Part shown: positions 13,122-24,795 of the stretch, piece by piece
Numbering within the stretch: the first letter of the stretch is position 1
Layout: every line of letters starts with the position of its first letter
DNA from: Paraphysomonas bandaiensis
Taxonomy: Eukaryota > Protista > Chrysophyceae
Reading direction: 5' to 3'
Length of the DNA: 64,000 bases
Assembly (NCBI GenBank): GCA_965644295.1
Contig: CBFFRP010000400.1
Span: 124,001 to 188,000, forward strand
The notes under the pieces: model-generated
What the model was told of the DNA's origin: nothing
What the model saw: only the letters and a program-made list of their open reading frames with translations
The model's database searches: none
Translations under genes and position numbers: made by a program

Positions 13122-15085
13122 TCAAGGACGAGAATCGCCGAAGCGTTCTCTCCTTAAGATAGCGGGAGGTTTCTCCTGATGCGCTGTGTCTTCCTTCGTT
13201 TGAAAGAAAGCGTTGATCTTTTCTCTCATTTCGACAGCAGTATCTTGGAGACATTTGGAATTATGATTGTATGGGCATTGCGGTTTGTTACATTTCCCAT
13301 ACATTATCTTCCTTAAACAACCGTACTTCTCACTCTTCTTGTTCTGAGTTTCATATGAAGTATGCATCGCAGACAATTCGTTGATGACATCAGGACTTTC
13401 ATCTAGCATGGGATTAAATTCTTCTGGAGTGGTATCCTTCGTAGACTCCACTGAACTGTCCAGTTGTGAACCTGGAAGAGCAGTTTTCCAAGTCTCACTG
13501 GGTGCATCCCAAGCTTCCTCCTCCATATGTAACTCATCCTCACAGTAACTATAATCCTCACACTCTTCGTTTGTATCATCAAAAGCTTCAATGTGAGAAA
13601 CTCTAGAGAAAAGTAGGTTAGTTTGTGGCTTCCTAGAGTTGGAGCTATTGTTGTGCTGGCTGAATAACTCTCTCTTTCTTTTGATGTAGTCGTCATGCTT
13701 TTGTTGAAACTGCATGTTCGACTCAAAAGGTATTTGCTTGTAAGCTATAGTTACTTGGTAATGATCCAACAGAATAGCTGAGTACTCTTCAAAAAATTCA
13801 TTCATAGAATCAAAGCGGTTGGAAGACATGCATCCTAGGACGAACTTCACATAACTTCCATCATTCAGGTTTTTGAAAAGACGAATCAAACCGAATTCTT
13901 TATCATCAACCCTCGGGCACCACTTCTTGTTGTCCGAGTCCAACATTATAGACAATATGGTCTTAAATGCTTGAATCAGCTTCAATTGCTGATTGTAGAA
14001 CGTTTCGAAAGTAGCTGAGTTTACGTGCTTCCATTCCATAATTCTGATGTGCTTCAAAGCATCTCTGAGCTCGTTGTAGAAACCCACGCAATTGAACACT
14101 CGCGTCTCTCTCGCAACGATTCTCAATAAGTCTGATAAGTCCATAGCAGCCAAATCTGAATAAGCAATGCTGTAAACATTTCGCAGATGATCCTTAACAC
14201 TCCTGGACAGAACTTTCTGTACACGGACTACAGTTTCCTCCTCCTCTTGGAATACTAGGATGTCATTAATTGCCTTGGCCACTACTCCTAACTTTAGAGA
14301 TTCTATGCGCACCGGGCAACGCTTCTCTTCTCTCGTGATGGTAACCGTTCTGGAATTTGCTACCTCCGCGCTCTTCTTTAACTCTCTGAAAAGTTTTCCT
14401 GGCTTCTTGCCCTTGAATATTTGTTCCGCGGCCAGATTTTTAGGTACTGTTGCATTCTCTACATTGGATTCTGACTCACAATCTTCTTCTTCTTCTGATT
14501 CAAGCACTTAAAATAGTTTCGTAGCCACTATATAATATTATTACACTGTTATAATAACACTAGTTTAATGAAAACCATAAGTATAGGATGAGGTACAAAG
14601 GGGTCCAAAACGTGGGAAAATTTTTTTCCCACGTTTGTCTTAAGGTTGCTTTCTTCCTCCTTCTGCATTGAATCGGGTCGAAAGTTTGCTAGGTCACCCA
14701 TTGTGGAATATCTGGGCTTCCTTTGCTCCGGCTTAGAAGATTGCTTGTGCTTTGCGCTTGCTGACGCACCAGGGCTACTTGAATGTTGAGATTGAACTTG
14801 ATCAGTGTCTTGCAGTCCATGAACCTTCTCCTCCAGACTCTGCATCCTATCATTTAATGTCGAGACTGATGAGACAACGTCTGTGAATGTGGTTGACATT
14901 GTCCTGAGCGTGTCTAAAATCTCTTGATTAGAGCTTGCACCCACCATGGGATCACTTCTTCCTGCGGCCGCGCTTGGAGCTGTTTGCTTAGTTTCAGTTA
15001 TTTCTTCCTGAGGAACCTCGGACTTCTGGGGTGAGGTCTTTTTTCCTTGCTTTCCACGCTTATTACCCTCAGTAGGTGTATGCAT
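13122..15085 (-). pseudogene. Gypsy gag-like ORF interrupted by a ~135-bp insertion
   Basis: 14549-15085 plus 13122-14507 match the uninterrupted 16022-17440 protein. A C-x8-C-x4-C-x3-H motif lies near the C-terminus. Confidence 0.8.
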
Positions 15086-17439
15086 GATAAATAATGATTG
15101 GGTTTGTGCCTTTTATTGGTCCTTGCAGGATTTTTAGCAACAGCCTGTGTACTTGTACTTGGTATTAGCCCCGCATGTTAATGACGTGCGAGATTGAATC
15201 ACAAGTAACAAGGACACACCTCTGTGTAATAATAATCACACAGCTTTGTCGCAACTTTCAAGCACTCGCTAAAGCCCTGCTTGCTTCTTTGCGAGCGAGC
15301 AATAGGTCGCTATCAGTTACTAGACTTCGTTGCCTATCCCCTGACAATGACTAATATTAGGTTTTACCCTATATTCGAGTATCAAATATGAGGAGACAGA
15401 AAAGGTCTAGCTCAATATTCTATGTGAAAACTCAAACAATATAATTTAATTACAGGTGTGTAGTATGATAAGTGCAAAAGACAGTGTAAAATGCTTGTCT
15501 ATTGACTACAGTAACACATTAACACAATGCAAAATATTTTGCACGAGCAATTAAGTAATTACGTGCAAAATATTTTGCATTGTGTTATTGTGTTACTGTA
15601 GTCAATAGACAAGCATTTTACACTGTCTTTTGCACTTATCATACTACACACCTGTAATTAAATTATATTGTTTGAGTTTTCACATAGAATATTGAGCTAG
15701 ACCTTTTCTGTCTCCTCATATTCGATACTCGAATATAGGGTAAAACCTAATATTAGTCATTGTCAGGGGATAGGCAACGAAGTCTAGTAACTGATAGCGA
15801 CCTATTGCTCGCTCGCAAAGAAGCAAGCAGGGCTTTAGCGAGTGCTTGAAAGTTGCGACAAAGCTGTGTGATTATTATTACACAGAGGTGTGTCCTTGTT
15901 ACTTGTGATTCAATCTCGCACGTCATTAACATGCGGGGCTAATACCAAGTACAAGTACACAGGCTGTTGCTAAAAATCCTGCAAGGACCAATAAAAGGCA
16001 CAAACCCAATCATTATTTATCATGCATACACCTACTGAGGGTAATAAGCGTGGAAAGCAAGGAAAAAAGACCTCACCCCAGAAGTCCGAGGTTCCTCAGG
16101 AAGAAATAACTGAAACTAAGCAAACAGCTCCAAGCGCGGCCGCAGGAAGAAGTGATCCCATGGTGGGTGCAAGCTCTAATCAAGAGATTTTAGACACGCT
16201 CAGGACAATGTCAACCACATTCACAGACGTTGTCTCATCAGTCTCGACATTAAATGATAGGATGCAGAGTCTGGAGGAGAAGGTTCATGGACTGCAAGAC
16301 ACTGATCAAGTTCAATCTCAACATTCAAGTAGCCCTGGTGCGTCAGCAAGCGCAAAGCACAAGCAATCTTCTAAGCCGGAGCAAAGGAAGCCCAGATATT
16401 CCACAATGGGTGACCTAGCAAACTTTCGACCCAATCCAATGCAGAAGGAGGAGGAGGAAGATTCTACCTCAGAATCCAATGCAGAGAATGCAACTGTACC
16501 TAAAAATCTGGCCGCGGAACAAATATTCAAGGGCAAGAAGCCAGGAAAACTTTTCAGAGATTTAAAGAAGAGCGCGGAGGTAGCAAATTCCAGAACGGTT
16601 ACCATCACGAGGGAAGAGAAGCGTTGCCCGGTGCGCATAGAATCTCTAAAGTTAGGAGTAGTGGCCAAAGCAATTAATGACATCCTAGTATTCCAAGAGG
16701 AGGAGGAAACTGTAGTCCGTGTACAGAAAGTTCTGTCCAGGAGTGTTAAGGATCATCTGCGAAATGTTTACAGCATTGCTTACTCAGATTTGGCTGCTAT
16801 GGACTTATCAGACTTATTGAGAATCGTTGCGAGAGAGACGCGAGTGTTCAATTGCGTGGGTTTCTACAACGAGCTCAGAGATGCTTTGAAGCACATCAGA
16901 ATTATGGAATGGAAGCACGTAAACTCAGCTACTTTCGAAACGTTCTACAATCAGCAATTGAAGCTGATTCAAGCATTTAAGACCATATTGTCTATAATGT
17001 TGGACTCGGACAACAAGAAGTGGTGCCCGAGGGTTGATGATAAAGAATTCGGTTTGATTCGTCTTTTCAAAAACCTGAATGATGGAAGTTATGTGAAGTT
17101 CGTCCTAGGATGCATGTCTTCCAACCGCTTTGATTCTATGAATGAATTTTTTGAAGAGTACTCAGCTATTCTGTTGGATCATTACCAAGTAACTATAGCT
17201 TACAAGCAAATACCTTTTGAGTCGAACATGCAGTTTCAACAAAAGCATGACGACTACATCAAAAGAAAGAGAGAGTTATTCAGCCAGCACAACAATAGCT
17301 CCAACTCTAGGAAGCCACAAACTAACCCACGTTTCTCAAGAGTGTCTCACATTGATACAAACGAAGAGTGTGAGGATTATAGTTACTGTAAGGATGAGTT
17401 ACATATGGAGGAAGCTTGGGATGCACCCAGTGAGACTTG
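13493..17439. repeat. Inverted repeat of leader plus gag, centre loop 15546-15561
   Basis: Mirror coordinates sum to 31107 near the centre (ATGs at 15085 and 16022). The arms differ by SNPs and indels. Confidence 0.95.
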
Positions 17440-17440
17440 A
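16022..17440 (+). pseudogene. Second gag copy, 3'-truncated and fused to transposon sequence
   Basis: 472-aa ORF nearly identical to the minus copy; homology ends at ...GAGACTTG (~17439). Confidence 0.85.
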
Positions 17441-19694
17441 ATCTTCATCAAAAAGTCCACGCACTTCTTCCTTGTCTACTGTGTGGCACGGTTCACACAA
17501 TAACTTCAGAGCCGAACATCCCTTCTCTGCGATTATAAATTGTGACCCACATCGTGAGCACTGATCAAAATCATCAGTGTCACTAGTAGAAGAATCTGAG
17601 TCACAGCTCATAGTTTACTATATTAATATTATATGGTCAATGCCAAATATATATTAATATAGTAATATGGTCAACGTTGTGTGTATATGTATATATATAA
17701 TGGTGTGTTAAGTTATGCATATATATTATGGTCATGATGTGCGTGTTGTAGTCACTGCTCGTGCAGTGTGGTTGCGGTGTCGTGTGCTGCACACCGCGTC
17801 CTCACCACACACTCATGACGCGTGTTCGATTCTCTTGTGGATTGCTTTTGGTCAAATTCAAATTTTTTTTGTACGTGTTTTTCTATATGTTATGCTGCGC
17901 TTGATCTGTGGGGTGATCTGAGAGCATATTTGAAAATGCACTTCACTCACAATCATTCATATCATCATTATTATCACACCCCGCTACCACACTAACACAA
18001 CACAGTAGCTCACAACACTAATAAGTTCTTCGAAGGTAATCACATTCAGTTCTTGTAAACCTCTGTATGCGCTGTGCTGCCTCTCAACACTATAGTGTAT
18101 GTTACGCTTTGCCCTGCTGGCTCATAATCTGCTCCGTATGGTTCAGCATGTGCATGTGATGGCATCTGGTTCATACTTGTATATGTATGACTGTATAATA
18201 TAGCGAATTAGAAATGCATCTACAGAGTGTGAGTCATTCTTTTGCCCCTGCACAAACTCTGCAACCGGCAGCTGAACGGGGTTTCACTGCAGGATGTAGC
18301 TTGTGCTGAGCGATGGCAATGAATGTTCACTTGTATAATAGTGTATGTTACGCGTTGCCCTGGCACATATTCTGCTCCATATGGTATACGTATGTATGAA
18401 ACCGATGCCATCACATGCACATGCTGAACCATATGGCCATATGGAGCAGAATATGTGCCAGGGCAACGCGTAACATACACTATTATACAAGTGAACATTC
18501 ATTGCCATCGCTCAGCACAAGCTACATCCTGCAGTGAAACCCCGTTCAGCTGCCGGTTGCAGAGTTTGTGCAGGGGCAAAAGAATGACTCACACTCTGTA
18601 GATGCATTTCTAATTCGCTATATTATACAGTCATACATATACAAGTATGAACCAGATGCCATCACATGCACATGCTGAACCATACGGAGCAGATTATGAG
18701 CCAGCAGGGCAAAGCGTAACATACACTATAGTGTTGAGAGGCAGCACAGCGCATACAGAGGTTTACAAGAACTGAATGTGATTACCTTCGAAGAACTTAT
18801 TAGTGTTGTGAGCTACTGTGTTGTGTTAGTGTGGTAGCGGGGTGTGATAATAATGATGATATGAATGATTGTGAGTGAAGTGCATTTTCAAATATGCTCT
18901 CAGATCACCCCACAGATCAAGCGCAGCATAACATATAGAAAAACACGTACAAAAAAAATTTGAATTTGACCAAAAGCAATCCACAAGAGAATCGAACACG
19001 CGTCATGAGTGTGTGGTGAGGACGCGGTGTGCAGCACACGACACCGCAACCACACTGCACGAGCAGTGACTACAACACGCACATCATGACCATAATATAT
19101 ATGCATAACTTAACACACCATTATATATATACATATACACACAACGTTGACCATATTACTATATTAATATATATTTGGCATTGACCATATAATATTAATA
19201 TAGTAAACTATGAGCTGTGACTCAGATTCTTCTACTAGTGACACTGATGATTTTGATCAGTGCTCACGATGTGGGTCACAATTTATAATCGCAGAGAAGG
19301 GATGTTCGGCTCTGAAGTTATTGTGTGAACCGTGCCACACAGTAGACAAGGAAGAAGTGCGTGGACTTTTTGATGAAGATTCAAGTCTCACTGGGTGCAT
19401 CCCAAGCTTCCTCCATATGTAACTCATCCTTACAGTAACTATAATCCTCACACTCTTCGTTTGTATCAATGTGAGACACTCTTGAGAAACGTGGGTTAGT
19501 TTGTGGCTTCCTAGAGTTGGAGCTATTGTTGTGCTGGCTGAATAACTCTCTCTTTCTTTTGATGTAGTCGTCATGCTTTTGTTGAAACTGCATGTTCGAC
19601 TCAAAAGGTATTTGCTTGTAAGCTATAGTTACTTGGTAATGATCCAACAGAATAGCTGAGTACTCTTCAAAAAATTCATTCATAGAATCAAAGC
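17127..19694. repeat. Palindrome with 1258-bp arms and a 52-nt loop (18385-18436)
   Basis: Mirror coordinates sum to 36821 throughout, and the mirrored ORFs translate identically. Confidence 0.97.
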
Positions 19695-22612
19695 ACAAAT
19701 AATTCCTTACTTCTTGTATATATTATTATGTAGTTATGAAAGAACCGTTAGCCCTCTTAAATACATACACAGCTCTTCTTGCTGCTGTATCATGTGCATG
19801 ATGACATGTGCATGTGACGGTTGCTACTTGTATCGCAACCGCGATCCAAGTGCAGCTTTGATAGTCAACCGGCTGCGCATAGTCTGTCTGGGAGAAATCC
19901 GTCGCCTCAATCGGGACGAGAAGAGGCTATACCTGCTTAACAAATTCCGCACCTTCCAGGTAAATTTAAATGTTGATTCAATATACATATTTCAATATTC
20001 AATAGTAATATCTCGTTTGTATTTAATAGGTGCGGGTCACGAAGTACAAGAAGTATAAGTTTAGCATTGTGGTGGGGGAGGGGGATAATATGCACCTAGT
20101 GTGCCGTATGGGGTTCTGTTGTGCGTATGCGGTGTCCCATTGGTACCTGGACAACTTAATTTGTCGACTAAAACGAAGGGACATGAACTCTCTGACCGAG
20201 TTATCTACTAGCCCCCGGGCTATCCTATGTGAAGTATCGGACAAAAAGCTCATTGGGTTTGCGTCCAGATTTGGTATAAACTTGAATGTGGAACAGTTGG
20301 GTGCCCTCCGAATGTCAGATTCCGAACAGTCCGCTGTGTGTGCTGCGTGGATGACCTGGTGGGTGATCAAGTCCCCGACTCTGACTCGGAGATTCACCTC
20401 GAGCCCATTCCTAAGAAGAATGTGTACTCGGAGTACCGCTTTGACATGGAACAGATTAGTGAGATTCCACTTCAGCTGCAGACATTCCTGCAGATATGGA
20501 AGAAGATTTTCTCGTACGTCAAGGTTCGGAAATATAAGCAGAGTTGTGGGCATTGCAATACTTGTGCCATGCTATCGGATAAGCGTCGCCAGTTCAGAGA
20601 TCGAAGGGGGCGGGAGGAGATTACGAATCTTTACGCCCTACACCGTCTAAGTACTATGCAGGAACGCCGTCGGTACTACTCCAGACGACTTGAAGCACAG
20701 CTCCCCCCGCAGTTAGTACTGTCCACCATTTCAGATGGTATGCAGCAAAATCATTGTATGCTTCCCTGGTTTGGACATAATAAGATGCCTGCCATCCACA
20801 TCAAACAACACTTACAGGGTGTGTTGATGCATGGCAAAAATATGACATTATACAGGACTTTTGCCAATGTTGGTGGTGGTGCCAACCTTGCCATACATAC
20901 ATGGCTATTAAGTCTGGATGAGCTACACCAGAAGGGAGAGTTGCCAAAGGTCCTCTATCATCAGATTGATGGTGGTTCAGAGAATGCTAACAAGGAAATG
21001 TATGCCATTTGTGAGCTGCTAGTAGCTTCCGGGCTTGTCGACAAGGTTGTCTTAACAAGACTTCCTGTCGGGCATACGCATGAAGACATTGATGCAAACT
21101 TTGCCCTTATATGGAGAATGCTGCGTGATGAATACATCTGTACTCCCTCGGAATTTTCTACTCTGATTTATAGAGCATTGAAGAAGAAAGTTGAAGTTTC
21201 AGTGATAGACTTATTTGTCCTACCTGATTATTGCAAGATTTTGGAAGGGTGCATTGATGTAGATATCGGCCGCTTCGCAAAGGAGGAGTGGACCCAACTG
21301 CAGTTCACGTTTGAGAGGGTGGTCACTCCTACCGAGTTGACTGAACATCCTCTTGGCGTGAAGACATCATATCGGGCATATGCCTCAGAGGAATACATCG
21401 AAATTGTCGAGGACACTGACCAGCAGTCTCTCTGTGGCCTCGTTGCTCAACTTTGTGAAGTGCAGAGTTATCCTCTCCCTAGTGAAAAGCCCTTGAACTT
21501 CTTGAAGAATCTTCCAAGCGGTGACTTTTCCCCACAGCCCCCTTCATAGCTGGATCTTTTGAGTTAACTTCAGCTCTGTGCAAGAAAATGATAGAACAAT
21601 ATTCAACGCATAAGCCGAAGGTGGCCGAGGAATGGAAAGAGTGGCTGGAGATTTCTCCCAAGAGTAATAGTGCTCAAGATTTTGTCACCGAAATTGGTGG
21701 AATATTTATTCCACTAAGAGATGTCCTATTCAGTGGGACTGGAGTGTCCGATTTTGAAGTGGAATGCAGACATAGAGGAGTACGCGGAGGGCTATATGGA
21801 TCCCATGCAGACGGAATTAGGAGGGTCAAGGCTACGGCTTGTGTTCTACACAACGAGAACAAAACTTCCGGCGCAAGGAAGATACCCCCACGAGTTGTCG
21901 TCCGGAGTTGTGATGGTTCTACACCCACCGATATGGTCGGAGTCTTGCCCAATGTATACCCCGGCAGAGAAGAGCAGCGTGCGGCGAGGAAGAAGACAAA
22001 TGTTGAAAGAAAAGAAGCACGTGCAAAGAAGGCGAGGCTTGATGCCAGGAGGAGGGAGGAAGGCTGGGATTGTGGTGATATAATCGTCAATGACTCAGAC
22101 GATAGTAATCAATCTGGTATGTTATTGTGTTGTAGATGTTATATTATTATGCCATGTTTATATCTGTACAATATCAGGACAAGAGGTGGAGTCATCATCG
22201 TCTGATGACGATGGTAACCCCTCTATCACGTATTCTCCTGGGGACGAAATTGTTACTGTGACTAGGATGCGTGGTATTGTCCATGCTGTCAATGATGATG
22301 GTACCTATCATCTTGTTTACAAAAGCAAGAAGAGATGTGGTGCCACCAGGGAGGATAAGTCAGTGCGCTCCAAATACTTCTCGCTTGCATCTGGTATACT
22401 TTATATATATGCTTGTTTGTGTACTGTACCTAATATTGAATATAGCCCACCAGGATAAGCCTGATAATATTCCCTCCAGTAAAAGAGACAATATTCCGAG
22501 GTGGAGATATATCCAGGAACCCACTAAGGAGTGGGTAGACACAGGTGCAGTTGATTCTGCTTCTATTATTACTGGTAAACGTACCAGAAGTTCAGTTGAT
22601 TATCGCTTGTAA
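19210..22612 (+). pseudogene. Intron-containing Sola/DUF7869-like DDD transposase, disrupted
   Basis: CGHCNTC plus downstream His, then ISDGMQQ, QIDGGSEN and LPVGHTHEDIDANF. Likely GT-AG introns (e.g. ~19959-20029, ~22118-22177), frameshifts near 20350 and 21540, and an inverted gag fragment at 19382-19694. Confidence 0.75.
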
Positions 22613-22913
22613 GTATAGATAGCACTTTGTAATATATATAATAGTGCTATCTATAGTATGCATGTATTAACCGTTACATTCTCACTTTTCGGACCTGTAA
22701 CTAATATAAAACTTATTAAATGTCTCCAAAAACATGTTCTCTTTACACCTACTACATTACTTATTGCAAAACATATAAAAAACACAACTTAAATCGACAT
22801 TTTCAAAATTTCACCAGGTTTAGAGCGCTTCTCCAGGTTTGTTCATCACATCAACTTATAGTTAGATCTAACCTAACCCTAACCCTAATCGAATAGCAAA
22901 TCATATATCTAAC

Positions 22914-23801
22914 TATGACGCAGCCTCGATTGACAACTCAGCTGACCTCACAGTTTGGTTTGAAAACCAAGACTATGGCTCGTGATAACACTAACTACTA
23001 TCACTATGCAGGTATCAAGAAAATGAGACCAAAGAAGTGATATTTTTACAGGTAATTTTTATTTCAATCAACTATACTCGAGTGACTGACTCCCACGAAG
23101 AATCAGCACGCAAACACCACCGCTAGTGATGTCAGGTCGCTAGTACCCAAGTATGGTTAACATAAACAAAACTGAGTCACAACAGAAACATAAAGTATGA
23201 AGACAACCGTAGAGCTGCACACACACAACGTCATCCATGTCACACTGTGTTGCAACACACAACCACAACGCAGGCTGTGTCATACAAGCAGTATAACAAT
23301 ATACAGTCATGTCAACGACTCTATCAAATACGGTTGTATAACACTGTATAATGTATATCGTGTTGCATTCCTCATAACTACAATGGTACTTGGAAATACT
23401 AGCTAACGTACACTTTCATATGTAAGATGCAATAGAGGAGCCATATATAAGCTCCCGATAAATAGGAACTTCTCGTTGCTTTGCTTTCATCATGTAAGTC
23501 CAGTATCTTAGGCGCAAGGAGCTTCACCAACGAGCGGCAAACGGTGTACTGGGACCCTACTTTGCATTGTGCTCCATTGGGCACATATTAGCCATATGGA
23601 GGCCACCCAGTGATACACGTGTATACCCACCAATGGAGGTAATGGTCTCTGGATGTGCAATGGTGGAGGTAATGGTCTCTGGATGTGCTTCCTGCCCGTG
23701 ACCAGTGTATGTATGCAGGGTCTGTGTAATACTTCCGATGCGGCTGTAGAGGTCTGCATGGCGTGTCTCTGATATACTTGTCGCTGAGGCTGAGTTGCCA
23801 T
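22914..23801 (-). repeat. Third, more diverged and 5'-truncated gypsy LTR
   Basis: Colinear with 7791-8674; begins TATGACGCAGCC like 7791. Confidence 0.9.
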
Positions 23802-24329
23802 AATCTATAATATGAAAAGTATCTATAATTTATCTACTGGTATATACAGATCAAGACTCAATTTAAAGCGTAAACGTTATGATGGCGATGAAAGTACCCC
23901 TGTTCAGTTCTGCTATTTGAGAGCAATTGAAAGTTGTAGTTCGAAGAGATTTGACTTTTATTACTATTAATGGAAGACTACAGAAGTGGTTAACTGTATT
24001 ATGAGAACTAATGTTAAAATAGTAATCATAGTACTGAAACTTCAATATATTGACCGTATAAGATCGTGATATATAAGATTTTATGGAAATGATTGGTAGT
24101 TACGACAATATGAATTTTGCGATTGACAAGTGATATTGATCATAAGTTTATTATATTTACTTTTTATTTCTAACTTTATCTAAGCATAATAGAGTGAAAA
24201 TATTGTTAAGTTATGTCATTTTCCAACAACCCCATTATATATTCAACTTGAATGTAATGTAACAAGCCCACAAACCCTTGATTTTAAAATTTATGTTGAG
24301 CAAAATATATCTTTCGGAAGTGGTTGCAC

Positions 24330-24795
24330 CTTGGTGCTTGCGGCGACGCACAAGCAGCTTCCGTAGCGTTAAATTGTAGGATAATGGAGTTTGCGCTGAT
24401 TAGTTATGGGTAGAGGTCTAACTAGTATGTCTAGCATTCAACTAGCCACTATATTGGCACAGTTTTCTAACGCCTATTGCTAAATAAAAGACTTTCAATA
24501 TATATATCTTTCGGCATTGAAATAGCAACAGACAAGATAATCGATAACTAAACCTTTTTTAACACAATAACATTAAATATAGACTAATTATTATCTCAAC
24601 ATATAGCAGGATTTGCTTGCGGCAACGCACAAGCAGCTTTCGTAGCGTTATATAGTAGATATAAGAATTTGTACTAGTTAGTTCCAGCAGGTAGAAGTCT
24701 AAAGTCTATCTACTATCCAGCATGACTAGTTTTCATCTAACCAGTTATCTAGGAGTGCAGATCCCTGACGCCTATTGCTAATAATAAGAATTTTA
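24330..24795 (+). repeat. Two diverged ~280-bp tandem units of a dispersed repeat (third copy at 58.5-59.0 kb)
   Basis: Shared boxes GCGGCRACGCACAAGCAGCTTYCGTAGCG and CGCCTATTGCTAA. Confidence 0.75.

Larger units (their letters stand above)
7791..15545 (-). mobile_element. Near-complete Ty3/gypsy (chromovirus-like) retrotransposon without a 5' LTR
   Basis: Order is gag, PR (LCDTGA), RT (DLTNAFHQI, MPEG, IFDN), RNase H (TDASELGVGAVL, ADWLSR), integrase (H..H..CPNC, SDQG, GPF), chromo-like region, PPT, LTR. pol is frameshifted. Confidence 0.93.

Noticed and set aside
7791-15545. DIRS/tyrosine-recombinase element, suggested by inverted LTRs
   Set aside because: It encodes an aspartic protease, a DDE integrase and a PPT, with no tyrosine recombinase. 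The inverted LTRs are adjacent rather than flanking.
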